A DNA stretch of 63,857 bases, the filler included, from Sluysia triapertura (lineage: Eukaryota): assembly GCA_046118255.1 (NCBI GenBank). It is 4 parts of 4 records of this genome, joined end to end, with 100 filler letters (N's around TTAATTAATTAA, not from the genome) between each part and the next. Parts side by side here need not be neighbours in the genome. Positions count along the whole stretch, not along the records: positions 19,455 to 36,012 come from JBJNIA010201375.1; positions 36,113 to 51,922 come from JBJNIA010218029.1; 2 more parts are not named here. The stretch is one strand, 5' to 3'. Within the stretch, counting starts at the first letter, position 1; each line of letters starts with the position of its first letter. The translations under genes were made by a program, and so were the position numbers. The notes beneath the pieces are model-generated. The model ran no database searches, was not told the DNA's origin, and saw nothing but the letters and a program-made list of their open reading frames with translations. Shown here in pieces: positions 24,498-37,204 of this stretch.

Positions 24498-25692
24498 ATG
24501 AAAAGAACTTCTCCGAATCAACCGACTGTTAGAAATTCCGTGAAATCAGTTTATACCCAAACTTTAGTAAAATGTACTGTTAATAATGATATTCTAAAAC
24601 CGAGTAATAAATTGTTAGCGAAGCAATTAATAAAGAATTCTAATGAGTTTAATGAAATCTATTTAGATCAAAACCCAAAAACAGAACAAATTTCAAATGT
24701 TTATGACGTATTTTCCTTTCGTAATCACAATAAAGCTATCATTAAAATAACTACCCCTTTTGATGTTTCCGAACATAATGCAATTTCTGTAATACACTAA
24801 AGAACGAAGATAGTTTTTACCCCGAAACACTTAGAACAAATGTTTGTAAAGAAGTTAAAACTGGATGTTATAATGAAACGCCAGTAATGAATATTAGTGG
24901 GAATAGTCGATCCAATAAGTCAAATCTTAAAGATTTAACCGATTTAGTTAATAGTCGAAAACTAACAAAATCAACTCGTCTTATTGCCACATCTATGACA
25001 TTATTTTCAAAAAATTTTTTATCATTAATCAAACTACGACAAAATAATTTAATAAATGAACTAGTTCAACAAAAAGGTTATGGAATGTCCCAAATCATTA
25101 ACGAACAATTATTCAGTGAAAGTATACTCAAAGATGAATTAGTCAACCATGATGACAAAAATTTAGGCAGGAGTACACAGATTATGCATAATCTACATCG
25201 TATGTCAAAGAACTATCTACCAAATCGACCGAAGGTCACCACCATGATACAAAGTAAAGCAATTGATTTGTCCATAGACAGAGTAATCCCCACGTTAGAT
25301 TAATATTAAAAATATATGCTGCAAATGGTTTTAAGATTGATCTGTATAAATTTATTATAAACAAATGTTGGTATAAAATAAATCATAACTCAGAAACACA
25401 TTTCGAATCTCTAAAGAAATTAGTCACGCTAAAATATTTTGCTATTCTGCAAATTAATGGTATCAACTTAATGTTACAACTCAAACAACTAAGGATGTTA
25501 TTAACAATCAATTGAGAGAATAATTCAAGCATAAGCACATTCGATACACGTGAATTCATGAACAAGACCTTTTGCAGTAATATATTAGGTATAAGCATTT
25601 ATTCTATAATTTTTTTGATTTATATTTTAGATAATAAATTTAAGCAAAGGATCAATGGAGTACGACAAGTCGTAGCGATGCATAAAATTTAA
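24498..25692 (+). pseudogene. Frameshifted orphan gene with a 42-nt intron
   Basis: ORFs 24498-24800 and 24887-25303 join through a frame change near 24790. Coding-like sequence continues to ~25588, then a GT-AG intron 25589-25630, then DNKFKQRINGVRQVVAMHKI*. Confidence 0.55.
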
Positions 25693-26179
25693 AACTGTTG
25701 TTTTATGTTATAAATTTCTTGCATTTAAAATTTTTATAGTTATTTTAACAGATAAATTACGAGATTTAAATTTATTATTTCGAGATAAAAGAAATTTATA
25801 TTATTACATAGCTTATATAGAAAAAACGAGTTCGAAACATAACTCATTGATGTTTAATGAATTAAAAGATGAAACTAAGCTCAGATGTAAATTTATATAC
25901 ACATTAACAGATACGACTCATCTTAATATCGTCTAACTCTATTGTACATCAAAACCTTCTATTAAATTTTATTATGACAATCATTGACTTGACTATTACT
26001 TCGCAACCTATAAATCTGAAACCAAATATGAACCACCTATCAAACACAAATCAGTTTTGTTTCTCCAATATTAATTTGTTAAAAATATTTTTAGTTAAAA
26101 TCTATAAAATCTTTAAACTAATATCACAACTCAAAATATTAAAACCCCCAAACTGTGATTGAGATTACATTTTCTGTTA

Positions 26180-26384
26180 AATTAAAAAAAGGAAGGAAAG
26201 TTTTGATAGAAAATTAATGAATTTAAAGGCGTTAACAGAAATTCCATTTACTTTAATGTTATTTGAAATTTAAAATACGAATTTAATGATTTTTGATGTA
26301 ATGAATGGTTTATATGTTGTAAAGGTATGATTTTTAGTGTAGTGTAAAGTATTAAAATTTTGTGTGAAGATGTTGGCCACCACA
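26180..26384 (-). mobile_element. TGT-headed element, truncated
   Basis: Minus-strand head TGTGGTGGCCAACATC followed by A/C-rich sequence. Confidence 0.65.
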
Positions 26385-27099
26385 CTAATATCATTTTGAA
26401 CCACATATAATGCCATTTTTTAAGTTAAAAATAATTTATTTTATAAACTTTATTAAATGATTATTTTACAGATTTTATTTAATATGGTTTTATACTTTAG
26501 GTTATTGAACTTAGAATCTTCTTTAAAATATTTTTCAATGTCTTTAGAATAGTTTTCAAATAGTCTCTAAAATCTTCAAATTTTCTCTGACAATATTAAT
26601 CTTAGAAATCTTAAATTTTTTTCAAAATTTTTCGTTTCTAAAATCTTAAAACAAAAAAATAACTTAGAAAATTTTCTTAAATATTTCTTCTGATCCCGTC
26701 AAGCTAGACGTTAGAATAAAATTCCTGGGTAAAAATGCATTTACTCATAGTGTTTTTTGTGGGTGCTATATTATAGTCAAAAATTTATTTAGTTCTTTTC
26801 ATAATTAATTTCTTTAATTAATCATGTTACTTAGCCCATTTCTCTATAATAAAACACATTTTTAAATCTCAGTATATATATAGTTTTGCTATTATTTGGC
26901 CAATTTTTTAATATAAGATAATACAATTTGAAAGCGTTCTTTATGAAGTACGTTTGTCTTATCTCTTAGTTTAAAGATTTTGTTATAATTATGAACTGGT
27001 TGGCAATATTGCTTAAGGCACTTTGAAATTATTTTTTTACATTGATTATTAGTGTCAAACCTACTGAATTAGGTTTGTAGGTTTGTAGGGATAATTACA

Positions 27100-27520
27100 T
27101 GAACTCTTTTCCAATTCTATACAAACATGTTCATACCAAAAACACAACATCGAAAATGAACTTTAATATAATTAGATATAATATTCTTGTTAAATACTTG
27201 CAAATATTTTATAGATATACAAGAATCAATCGAATATATTCAAATTATATTCAAAATTATTTCTTACATTTGCATGAAATCGACTTTTTAAAGCTTTTGT
27301 GGAGTTGTAAAAGATATTGCTAATAAATTCATATCCTTGAAAAACTGCTTGTCTATTGTTGAATTTGTATTGGCAATAATCATCATATTACCAGAAAGCT
27401 AAATAGATGTTGAACTTGTAATCTTTTGACTATATCTTGTCTTAACACACTCATTTTTAGCTGCATGATGAAAATCAATTTCTACAACCGCATCATAAAC
27501 TTAATCTTCTTTATCAATCA
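27100..27520 (-). pseudogene. Decayed coding fragment
   Basis: KIKFMMPVVEIDFHHAAKNECVKTRYSQKITSSTSI*LSGNMM... with stops and frameshifts. Confidence 0.3.
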
Positions 27521-27949
27521 TTTATTATAATATTTAAAAAATTAATGAAATCTACAATATTAACATTCATTGGCTTACAGATAAATTAATAATAAAATAA
27601 TTGTTACTTAAATTAATAAGCAATATATTTTTTTAGATTTTTGAAAATGACATTCAATAAACAAGTTGTGTAATTATAAGTTTTATTTCAAGTAAGAAAA
27701 TCGTACCACTTCATTTTTGTCATTTTCTGAATATGAGAAACACTTTTTCAAATAGTCATACATAAACCCATTACTCGCTTCAATTCAAAAATACAAAAAA
27801 ATTAAATTAACTGTATAATGATATACTAACCAATTGGAACTATTTGTGCTACTGTTTTTAATACTTTCATGAAGCATGTGATATTTTATTTAGAAGTTGC
27901 AGTTATACAAGAAAAATATTTGAAAAAAACCACAAATTTTCAAATATGA

Positions 27950-28035
27950 TTTTCTGAAAATAAAATTCTAGAATTCTAAAGATTTTGATTGGTCGCTGAT
28001 TAGTATAAATACTGGCATGAGTTGAGAATCAATTC
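27950..28035 (+). promoter_or_regulatory. HSE-like + CCAAT + TATA module, copy 2
   Basis: TTCTAGAA (27966), GATTGG (27987), TATAAATA (28004), then TGAGAATC; homologous to 8185-8290 on the minus strand. Confidence 0.55.
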
Positions 28036-30054
28036 ACAATTTCATATTTCAATTTTGGTATACCATTTGGTTTTCAATACAGTTGTAATATTTTATTACT
28101 GTCTGGATATCGACCATTTTGAATTTTATTAAGTCAATTTAAATTAGTTAAAATTAGTACGTTTTCGTTATATAAAGGGCGTTTTATTTTTCGGAACTAA
28201 AACTTAAAATCATTTTTTAGAATATTTGAATCCGATTTATTCATTTTAGAAGAAAATTAGAGCTTTAATTTTAATACATATTTCTTGATTTATTTTTGTA
28301 ATATCCATTATATTTGAGTTCATGTGACCCGAAAAGTATATTATTTACGCATATTGAAATTACAATTTTGTATCTAATCTTTAGTGAATAAAAATTGTTA
28401 ATATTGTGGATAATTAACATAAATACAGTAATTAAATTGCTATTTTTAATATAAAGCAATCGTTGATAACAAAAGATTTGCAACTTTAGCAATTTGTATC
28501 TGTTATTAGCATTATAAATACAATAATTTACTAAGAAAGAAGTCTGGTTTAAATTATAAATCCAATGTTTAGTAATGGATAACTTTTGTTAACTTTATCT
28601 ATAAAATTACGAAATGTGAAACAATTCTTATGTACACTAATATTATAACATTCTAATGATACTTCATTAAACAAATGTAGATAGATTAAATAATAATTAT
28701 TTGAAATATGAAACAAATGTATTCTAATTTATTTATACATGACTTATTACAACTTTTAGAACATACAAAACATGTTGGTGTCATAATATTTTCGTTGTGT
28801 GAATTAAAATTCTCTTTAATTTTATTTTATTAAACTTTATCAAATTTAAATGTCTGAAAACTGTTTTATACTTTAAAAACTCTTGCTCTTTATTATTAAT
28901 TCAAATCCCTTTATAGAATTTATAATTATTCTGAACTTCTCAATTAATGTTATCACTTTGTATTACACTTAACTGGAGGTATGAATTAGTATACTGGTCC
29001 TCGCTGTTTAGGATAGAAGTGCTTAATAATTTGTTAACGATAGTTATACGGTTATTCTTTAATCAACACTCAACTGTAATGGAATTTTATTCGTAAATGT
29101 TCAGGTGTCAACTTAATCACTGCGATAAATTATTAATAATCCGATTGTAATTATTTAGTTCAAATTTTATTACTACAACCTATCACGCTATCTTCAATTT
29201 GTGACTTGTATATTTATTTATTTATTTATTTATCTTTTCTCCTCCTTCTTTAGGGTACTACTCTCAATTTAGTTAAAAAATAAAAACCAAATAATTTATT
29301 TACAAATTAATATAAAATAAACATGTAGACAAAATTTTATAGAATGTAAAACTTTAATTTTAAAATTAATGTTTATAAAAGTCAATTAAAATCATTTAGG
29401 AATAGTATAAAATCTTGGTACAATTGTCTGTGAAGCTGACAAATCAAACTGTTCAGCAAGTGGAATTGTTTTCTTCGTAAAGCAAACCTCGGATGCTATG
29501 TGTTATCTTGAAAGTTTTACTTCCTTTTATAGTATTTTCAATAGTATTTACGTAATTAAATTATTTCCAATATTAATGACTGTAATTACGATAGCATTTT
29601 TAAATAATTTAAACGCAACAATATATAACAATATTTTCTTTAATAATAATAAATTCAGTAACTGAAATTATTTAATAAATGCTAGTATAGTAGTAACTAT
29701 TAATTCATTAATAATTCGTATATACGTATGTATATAACAAATNNNNNNNNNNNNNNNNNNNNNNNNNNNNNNNNNNNNNNNNNNNNNNNNNNNNNNNNNN
29801 NNNNNNNNNNNNNNNNNNNNNNNNNNNNNNNNNNNNNNNNNNNNNNNNNNNNNNNNNNNNNNNNNNNNNNNNNNNNNNNNNNNTAGAATTTTAAAATGAT
29901 TATTTGTTTTATTTTTAATCTAAAATTAAGTGTTTTTGCTATTAAATTTTGAATTTATGTTAACACTATTAAATCTCATTTTAAATTGATGAAAGGCACT
30001 ATAGTCTTAATGAAAATGGTTTTAATTTTACTTTAAATGGAATTTACATTACCT

Positions 30055-31440
30055 TAGAATTTAATAAATATTGTTACATTGGCATAACTTGGTTTATATA
30101 ATCTAAAGAAAAATCCTGCTGTAAGGTAAAGATATAAGAATTAAGAATAAGAAAACATTCTTCGTGTATACTAACTCTTAAGCAGGTAATCATCTCCCTA
30201 TAATTATCTACAAGTTTAAATTGATCAAACAAAAACAGTATTAAAACACTAAATAGATTAAAACACAGTTCACTCGATTTGTACATAAATCCGCTTCAAA
30301 TATCATTGTCAGGAAACTCGAGGTGAAATTCGCTTATTTGAGCTTCGCGATGTAACAGCATTTTAATGATAACATAGATTTTTTTATCAATCTGAGATTT
30401 GCTATTATTATCTATTGGTTTAAGTAAATGTGTTAACTGACAGAATCCATTAAAACATGAATTAACATTAGCACCATAATCATTCAACCAATTTGCAAGA
30501 TCTTTACATACTAACATTGGTGCTCCATTGATATCCTTAATTCGATACTGATGTTCAATATATATGACTGTAACGTAGTCATTCAAATTTCCATGATTAT
30601 CGTTCAATAAAGCATTTGCTTAATGTATCTTACCTTTTTTGTTCGCATTAAACATGAGATAGAAATGTTGAGAAGCTAACTCGCAATTACATTTAAGAGC
30701 TAACTCGACAATTACATATTAAATTTGATTGATTTTATTTTAACGAATTTATCATATTAAATTTGATTGATATTTTACTTATTTCATTATTTACATTTCT
30801 TTGAAATTATTTATGTAAATATTATTATTATTATTATATTTTATTATTTTAAAATTTAAATGTAGCAAAAATACATAAATTAGTAAAAATATAAATCGAT
30901 TGATAAAAAATACAAAATAAATTAAAATATAAATTTATTGATTAGTAAAAATATGATAATATAAAATAAATTTGGTTAAATTGGTGTGATGGCCGTGATA
31001 TATTGTTATCATTTTTGAAATTAAAAGTTACAAATTTAAAATTAAGAAAAATGGACTTAAGGTCCTTATGGTTGTGACAACGTTGTGACTTAAACTTGCG
31101 GATGAAATAATCTAAGAAACTATAATAATAAACACGGATGTATTCAACTTTAAAGATAAAATTATCATGAAAATAGTGTACAATTATCTCCATTATATAT
31201 ATTAAAAGACTTAGTAAGCGGTCATCATCAATGAATATTGTCTGATTACAAATCGTTTTTAAGTGATTTGCCAATGCATCTTCCACAATCAATAGTTAAA
31301 TATTCAATTCGCAGAGTAATGTACACAATCCATTAACAATTCATTTACCAGTAATTATTTTTATTAAGTAAAAAGGTACAACGTCGAATATTTATTACAT
31401 CTACTTTAAGTTTCACAAAATTTATCAAATCTATCGGTTA
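30055..31440 (-). pseudogene. Decayed ankyrin-repeat-like gene
   Basis: ORFs 30296-30607 and 30074-30286 are in the same frame across a TGA, and an in-frame TAA lies upstream (KKGKIH*ANALL). WLNDYGANVN and KMLLHREAQI are ankyrin-like. Upstream ORF 30942-31292 is separated by AT-rich intron-like DNA. Confidence 0.45.
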
Positions 31441-31529
31441 CCAATAAATTGTAATATTTAGAAATCAGATTTTAATTTTTATTCAAAATTACATAATCCT
31501 TTAGATGAAAATAAAAAATAATAGTAGTA

Positions 31530-31789
31530 ATAAAAGGAGGATGTGAAAATTCACACAATGTTGGTGTATTTGGGTTGAGCGATATCGGCAGATTGAAGTA
31601 ATGTTAAATGATAAATTATCATAACCTGAATGATATATTCTATTTAAGTTAAAATATATTAGTGTAATATGTTTAAAGTGTGTTATATTTTAGGTGTTGT
31701 TATGTGTGCAAGATGTGGCAAAGGTGTACTGTGTATTGAATATTTGTGGTTGGGTTTGTTAAAGGTTCATGAATGAGTTGAACACTACA
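31530..31789 (-). mobile_element. Short TGT-headed A/C-rich element
   Basis: Minus-strand head TGTAGTGTTCAACTC, strongly A/C-skewed body. Confidence 0.55.
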
Positions 31790-32881
31790 ATTGGTAATAG
31801 TTTTAATGGTTTAATTAAAAAAATAAAATGGTAGAAAGAAATTCAATATATAAGGTAAGCCTATTTCTGATAATAGGACACAATTAGAATTAAGGAAATA
31901 AAATTAAGCAAGTCTTTGGAAGAGTAAGCCACGATCGCGAATCAACTTCAATTCAAAAACGATTTCCATGAAAAAGTAATTCAGTTATTTATAAGTTTCC
32001 CTAAGTCCTAATTTTTATAGAATAGAACCTAAAATTTTACTTAAAATAAATAACTTATTGTCAGACCGTAAAAAGGCTGACTTAAAATCAAACTAAAATT
32101 TATTTTAAAAAATCTAAGAAGAATTTCTTAAGATTTTAAACTCATTATCGTTAATATATTTACCATATTTACCTGCTGTAAAATTTTTTCGATTGATTTT
32201 ATTGTGAAGTTTATTCTGTTTTGTGTAGAATATAATTGTTCAATAGTTGCATTAAATTGTGTTATTTAAAATCCGTGCTAATTTTAATCAGACCGTAAAA
32301 AGGCCGTCTTAACTTGCAGATAAAATAAAAATTAAAATTACTGTATCAAGTACTACTACCAGTTGACTTTCTGCTCAAACTATCGTTTACAGTTAACTTC
32401 ATTACGTTATAAGTCTAATTAGACAGTCCTCAGCTAGTGACAGAAACCGTATCTAATTAGCCGTACTCATTCAGACGTAAACTGTTTTGCTAAGTAGGTT
32501 CTTTTCAAGACAGAACACTTGCAGAAATTTTCCATTTAAGCTTTATATGATATACTAAAATACTATTAGTCAACTTGTTGAGTGATTGATACTAAAATTA
32601 TTTTATCGACATTTATTGCACTAAAAATTAACTTATGACTTTGTGTCTAGTTACTAATTTTGGTGTCTATTATATAATAAACCAATAAAGACAACTTCAC
32701 TCGTTGCCGTAATTTAGATAACAATTTTTAAAATTTTATTATTATACATAAAATTATTATCTTTTTTTTAATTTGTCTTCTGTGTTACTGCTTTAGCTAA
32801 TTATTGATTTCTGCTTTCAACTTCTTCAACATTTGTTTGGTTTGGTTAACATATTTGTTAATTATAGAATAAACATTACAG

Positions 32882-32902
32882 TTAGGGTTAGGGTTAGGGT
32901 TA
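32882..32902 (+). repeat. Interstitial telomere-type tract (TTAGGG)3
   Basis: ttagggttagggttagggtta. Confidence 0.8.
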
Positions 32903-33199
32903 TTACGAGCTTTATAGTATCTGTATTTGATTAAAAATATATTAACACCATTTCTGACGTTACTGCTTCGTCTTAGTACAATTTTATAGTAAAGAAAAGC
33001 AAATAATTTAAAAAATGTAAATTTATTAATTATTATTACACTTAAAGTTTTGATTTCTATTATTGCATCACTATACACTTCACCGACCCGAGTCTTTAAT
33101 TGAATCTCTAAAATAAAAACAATGCTTAAAAAATTGTAAAGATAAACTAATAAAATGATTACATTAATATGCTTCGCCAAGGAATGAATCGTTGTTAAA

Positions 33200-34186
33200 C
33201 TGGTAGACTTGTCATTTTCTTGTTTTCCGGAATGATACATGATTGTGATGTTTGCTGTCTATTAATTCATCAAGTCGATAATAATTCACGCTTCTTTCAG
33301 TAGCCGATCTATGTGTATGACTATAATGGTTCCAAAACCATATTTTTATTCTAAAAGATCCATATTTACTGCAAACTACTCCATGTGTAGAATTTTACAA
33401 TACATTATGTATTTGTGTAAATTAGACTTTATTAATGATGACATTACAAATTGTTCAAGAATCAAACAGTGTTTCATAAATTGGCATTTCAGATTTCTTA
33501 AATTTTGTCTGCAAACTGTTTGTTGAGGTACTCTGATGAGACCTAAGTCGTAGTGCTGATAATCAATTGGTTCCTTAATGTAATTATTCAACACTACATA
33601 TCTAATAACTGGATAGACATCTGCTAATTGCCAACAGTTTCGTACAAACATTGCATTACAAATATGATGATATTTATCAACTTTAAATTCGTCTTTATAA
33701 CGATGATCTAGAGCTTTATAATAACCGGTTATTATTTCACGATAAAACCCTACATAACTATAAATTATCAAAATTATAGAGGCATAGGAGCATTCAAAGT
33801 CTTTTAATTGAAAAAGGCCATCTTTAGATATCTGGTTTCAGTGGATCAGATGACAGTATTTTCACGTTACGTGCTGTTATCCATAGAAATATTACTCGAG
33901 CTTTTTCAATTTCCTGAAGATGATATCGATGTATATCATCACAGATTACATCATAAAATGATAGATATTCATCTTGACTCATTCGAATAACATGAGATTT
34001 GACTGTTACTAATACAGATGTATCGTCATAGATTTGAAATTTGAAGTGACTTGATGGTTCTGGCAGTGAAGCTTTAGAACTGTCTAGTGGTTTTAGTAAT
34101 ACGAAATTTTTTGATGCTAACAGAGACATTTGAGATTTTTCAATTTTCGTTATCATCAATCTTTTTCTTTTCGTAAATTTTTGCAT
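33200..34186 (-). pseudogene. Hillarin/kyphoscoliosis-peptidase-like (transglutaminase-fold) gene, disrupted
   Basis: EIEKARVIFLWIT, ECSYASI...SYVGFYREIITGYYKA, RNCW...V, LILEQFV...LIKS follow the order of the hillarin/KY core. +1 frameshift near 33826 and in-frame stops after 33376. Confidence 0.6.
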
Positions 34187-34273
34187 TTTTGTATTTTTTG
34201 TAACAAAGAAATTGTGTTGTGATATAATTACTTCATGAAAATTTTTTAATGTCTATCTGACAAGAGGACCATT

Positions 34274-34448
34274 GTGATTGGTCGGCTACTAATAGTAACA
34301 AAATTTAGTGTAACACTGATTGGATAGTTAGCATTAATGGTATTATTAAAAATCAAATTATATGATTGTGACGAAGCGTCAAAGTAACCACTATCAATGA
34401 TGACAACACAACATGTATAGTAACTCCAAGTGTCACTATTGATAGTGG
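34274..34448 (-). promoter_or_regulatory. Dyad + CCAAT module (cassette B)
   Basis: CCACTATCAATGATGACA (34388-34405) / TGTCACTATTGATAGTGG (34431-34448); on the minus strand ATCCAATCAG and GACCAATCAC follow toward the ATG at 34186. Confidence 0.75.
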
Positions 34449-34538
34449 CAATGTTTTTAACGGATTGACATAGATTAAAATTTCAAAAATAATGACGAAA
34501 TATAATAATAACAATAATAATAACCACAGCAGTATTAA

Positions 34539-34592
<54 letters not shown>

Positions 34593-34593
<1 letters not shown>

Positions 34594-35399
34594 GTATCAA
34601 TACATAAATTCTTGCTTTCTGATTAAACATAATCTTTCTGTTTTCCTCTAAAATTCTTCTTAACATATTACAAATGCAATGAATTAATTAAAGAAATGAT
34701 AAAATTGAATACAATAATAACGATAACAAGATGCGCGATGTTCAAGTTATTATTGTTCCTTTGATTCTTAGAGGTTTCTTGATATATTGTAATAAATTTA
34801 AAATGTGTTTAGAACAAAAGTTTTTGAGTAGAATTTGCTTTAACTGAATTGGTAAGCGTAGTTAGCGTTTCAAGATATGATGGTTGATTTATGTCGTGAA
34901 ATGAAATAGAGAATGTTAGAATGCGTTCTTAAATGGTGATTAAAGTTCATATTTGAAAACGACATTTAAGTATTGGAAGATCGTGAATAAAAGACCTATT
35001 GAGAAGATTGTAATTTGGTAAACATAAAAGAGCAACTACAACTCTTAGTATATTTAAAGTATTATTGTGCAGTGTTTTATGATATTTGTTTATTCGTTGT
35101 TTTTAGTGTTGTCATTTGTGTTGCTAGTGGTTTAGTAGTGTAAAATGAAGAATTCAAAATTATTGAATGGATAATCTCGAATGTGTTTTTTGTTTGGTTA
35201 TTATGAATGTCGAGTAACATGTTTTTGGTAGAGTAGTTAGTGTAATTGGTAATGTTGGGTGAAACTGTGATTTGTATGTTGTGGAATTCTGGGTAAACTG
35301 TTTTGTAGGTATATAAGAGATAAATGTATGAGTGTTGGAGTCTAAAAAAATATTCGTTTTTTAATAAAATTTTAATGGTTGTGAAGGTTGGTCACCACA
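34593..35399 (-). mobile_element. TGT-headed A/C-skewed element with TG...CA ends (cassette B)
   Basis: Minus strand TGTGGTGACCAACC...AAGATTATG...GAATTTATGTATTGATACA followed by a long (AAT)n tract; no clear TSD. Confidence 0.7.
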
Positions 35400-35850
35400 T
35401 AAATGATAGGAAATTTCTTCGGTTGAATAAGCTGCTAAGCTCGATACATTATCCATATCTGGAAAATTTCCGAAAACTTCATCTAAATCTGCATTTGTTA
35501 TTTCATTTAATGTACATTTACTATAATTGCACGCTTGAGTATTTTGTTTACTTAATTCCTCGACATAATTTTGTAGAAATAGCAATCATGTTTTCCTGTA
35601 TTATAATTTAATCATTTTCAGTGTCTCAGTTTCACTTCCAGACCACTGGATAGGCTTCATTCTAGATAAATGAGTTAATTGGGATTGCATCCGATTTTAT
35701 GATTCTGAAGCATGATGGATAACTATTTGTTTAGTAGAATCTTTACGCTGCATAATAATCAACAAAAAACACCAACTGGTATTGCAAAACATAGAAAAAT
35801 GGAAGTGAAATTGAGAGTGAACTTTTAATTTCTACAGGAACTGTTTCTGG
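35400..35850 (-). pseudogene. Decayed exon of a single-pass membrane protein, cut off by the element at 35399
   Basis: ag|ETVPVEIKSSLSISLPF / FAIPVGVFLLIIMQRKD...; ORF 35361-35585 runs directly into the TGTGGTG head. Confidence 0.4.
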
Positions 35851-35972
35851 TATAATATAAAAATGGTATTGTCAAAAATGTCATTCATTTAATAATATTC
35901 ATTTAATATATTAATAATAATAATATTCATTTAATATAATAATATATTATAACATTTAATAATATTCGTTTA

Positions 35973-36012
<40 letters not shown>

Positions 36013-36979
36013 NNNNNNNNNNNNNNNNNNNNNNNNNNNNNNNNNNNNNNNNNNNNTTAATTAATTAANNNNNNNNNNNNNNNNNNNNNNNNNNNNNNNN
36101 NNNNNNNNNNNNAACATCCTGACCAAATAATCAGCTTAACTTTGAGGTTTTATTTTATTCTTTTTGGCTAATATGTGAGTGAATTTGCTATATGGAAAGA
36201 CTTTCTTTGAACTGTTATTCTTATTATATCTAAATTTTAAATAACTATTGAATTCTCTCTTGAAATGCGTAATAGAATTTTTCTATATAAGCAGTACATT
36301 TTGCAAAACAGGATAAATACGTTTCTTACTAAGTAATTAACTAATAGAGTAAGTAATAAAAAGAAAAACAAATAGCAATGACAATATTGTTAAAATTTAT
36401 AATAACCGAACTTTAAGTCTTATAAAGATTTATTTTTTTAGAATAAACGACAAATACGAAACGAAATGACTCTAAATATTCTTTCAAACAAATAATAATT
36501 GCGTTCACAATATGTTTTATTGAATTGACAAATATTATACAAATTTCCTTAAGTATGATATCAAACGAATTAAATATATAAGACAACAATGACTTTTAAT
36601 ATTATGACAAATGTTTACATTTATATTTTCAAAAGAACTGATTCTTGATATTATATTATAATATGGTATTATTATACACAATTATGGTATTAAGTTATTT
36701 AAACTTAATATCTTACAAATTTCAGCTTTGATTTTAAAGGTAGCAATTAATCTAACTAAGTAATTATAAGATTTTATTATAGGATATTATTCCTTGAATT
36801 AATCAAAGTTTCATAATAACGAACAATTGTTTAAAAACAGCGTATCCGCAGAAAGAATCAGTCGTTAATTTAGTAGAAGTTGTACAGTCGTCACCAAACC
36901 GTTAAGCTTGTAATGAGTAAATCAAAATTGCGTTGTTCGCGAAGATGAATTATTATTCCATAGTTGATTTGAAGCCAAA

Positions 36980-37140
36980 TGTAATGTCACAGCCGAACAC
37001 CTTATTTTTTGAAACACAAACCCAAACATAAACACAAGCACAAATATAATCATAACTCACATCAACCTCACTTATACACATTTCATTCACCTAATGACTC
37101 CACCACATTCCATTTAAGCTATAAAACCTAAACAACAGTA
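36980..37140 (+). mobile_element. Short TGT-headed A/C-rich element
   Basis: Head TGTAATGTCACAGCC, A/C-rich body. Confidence 0.45.
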
Positions 37141-37204
37141 TTATCAATATATAAAATATTCAGTAATCTACAAATTATATTAATCTATCATAAGAGTATC
37201 ATAA

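Noticed and set aside
21712-30298. Stop-codon reassignment (in-frame TGA at ~21724, ~21736 and 30296)
   Set aside because: Disrupted genes contain TAA, TAG and TGA plus frameshifts, while the intact innexin and MGAT2 exons use TGG for conserved Trp and contain no internal stops.
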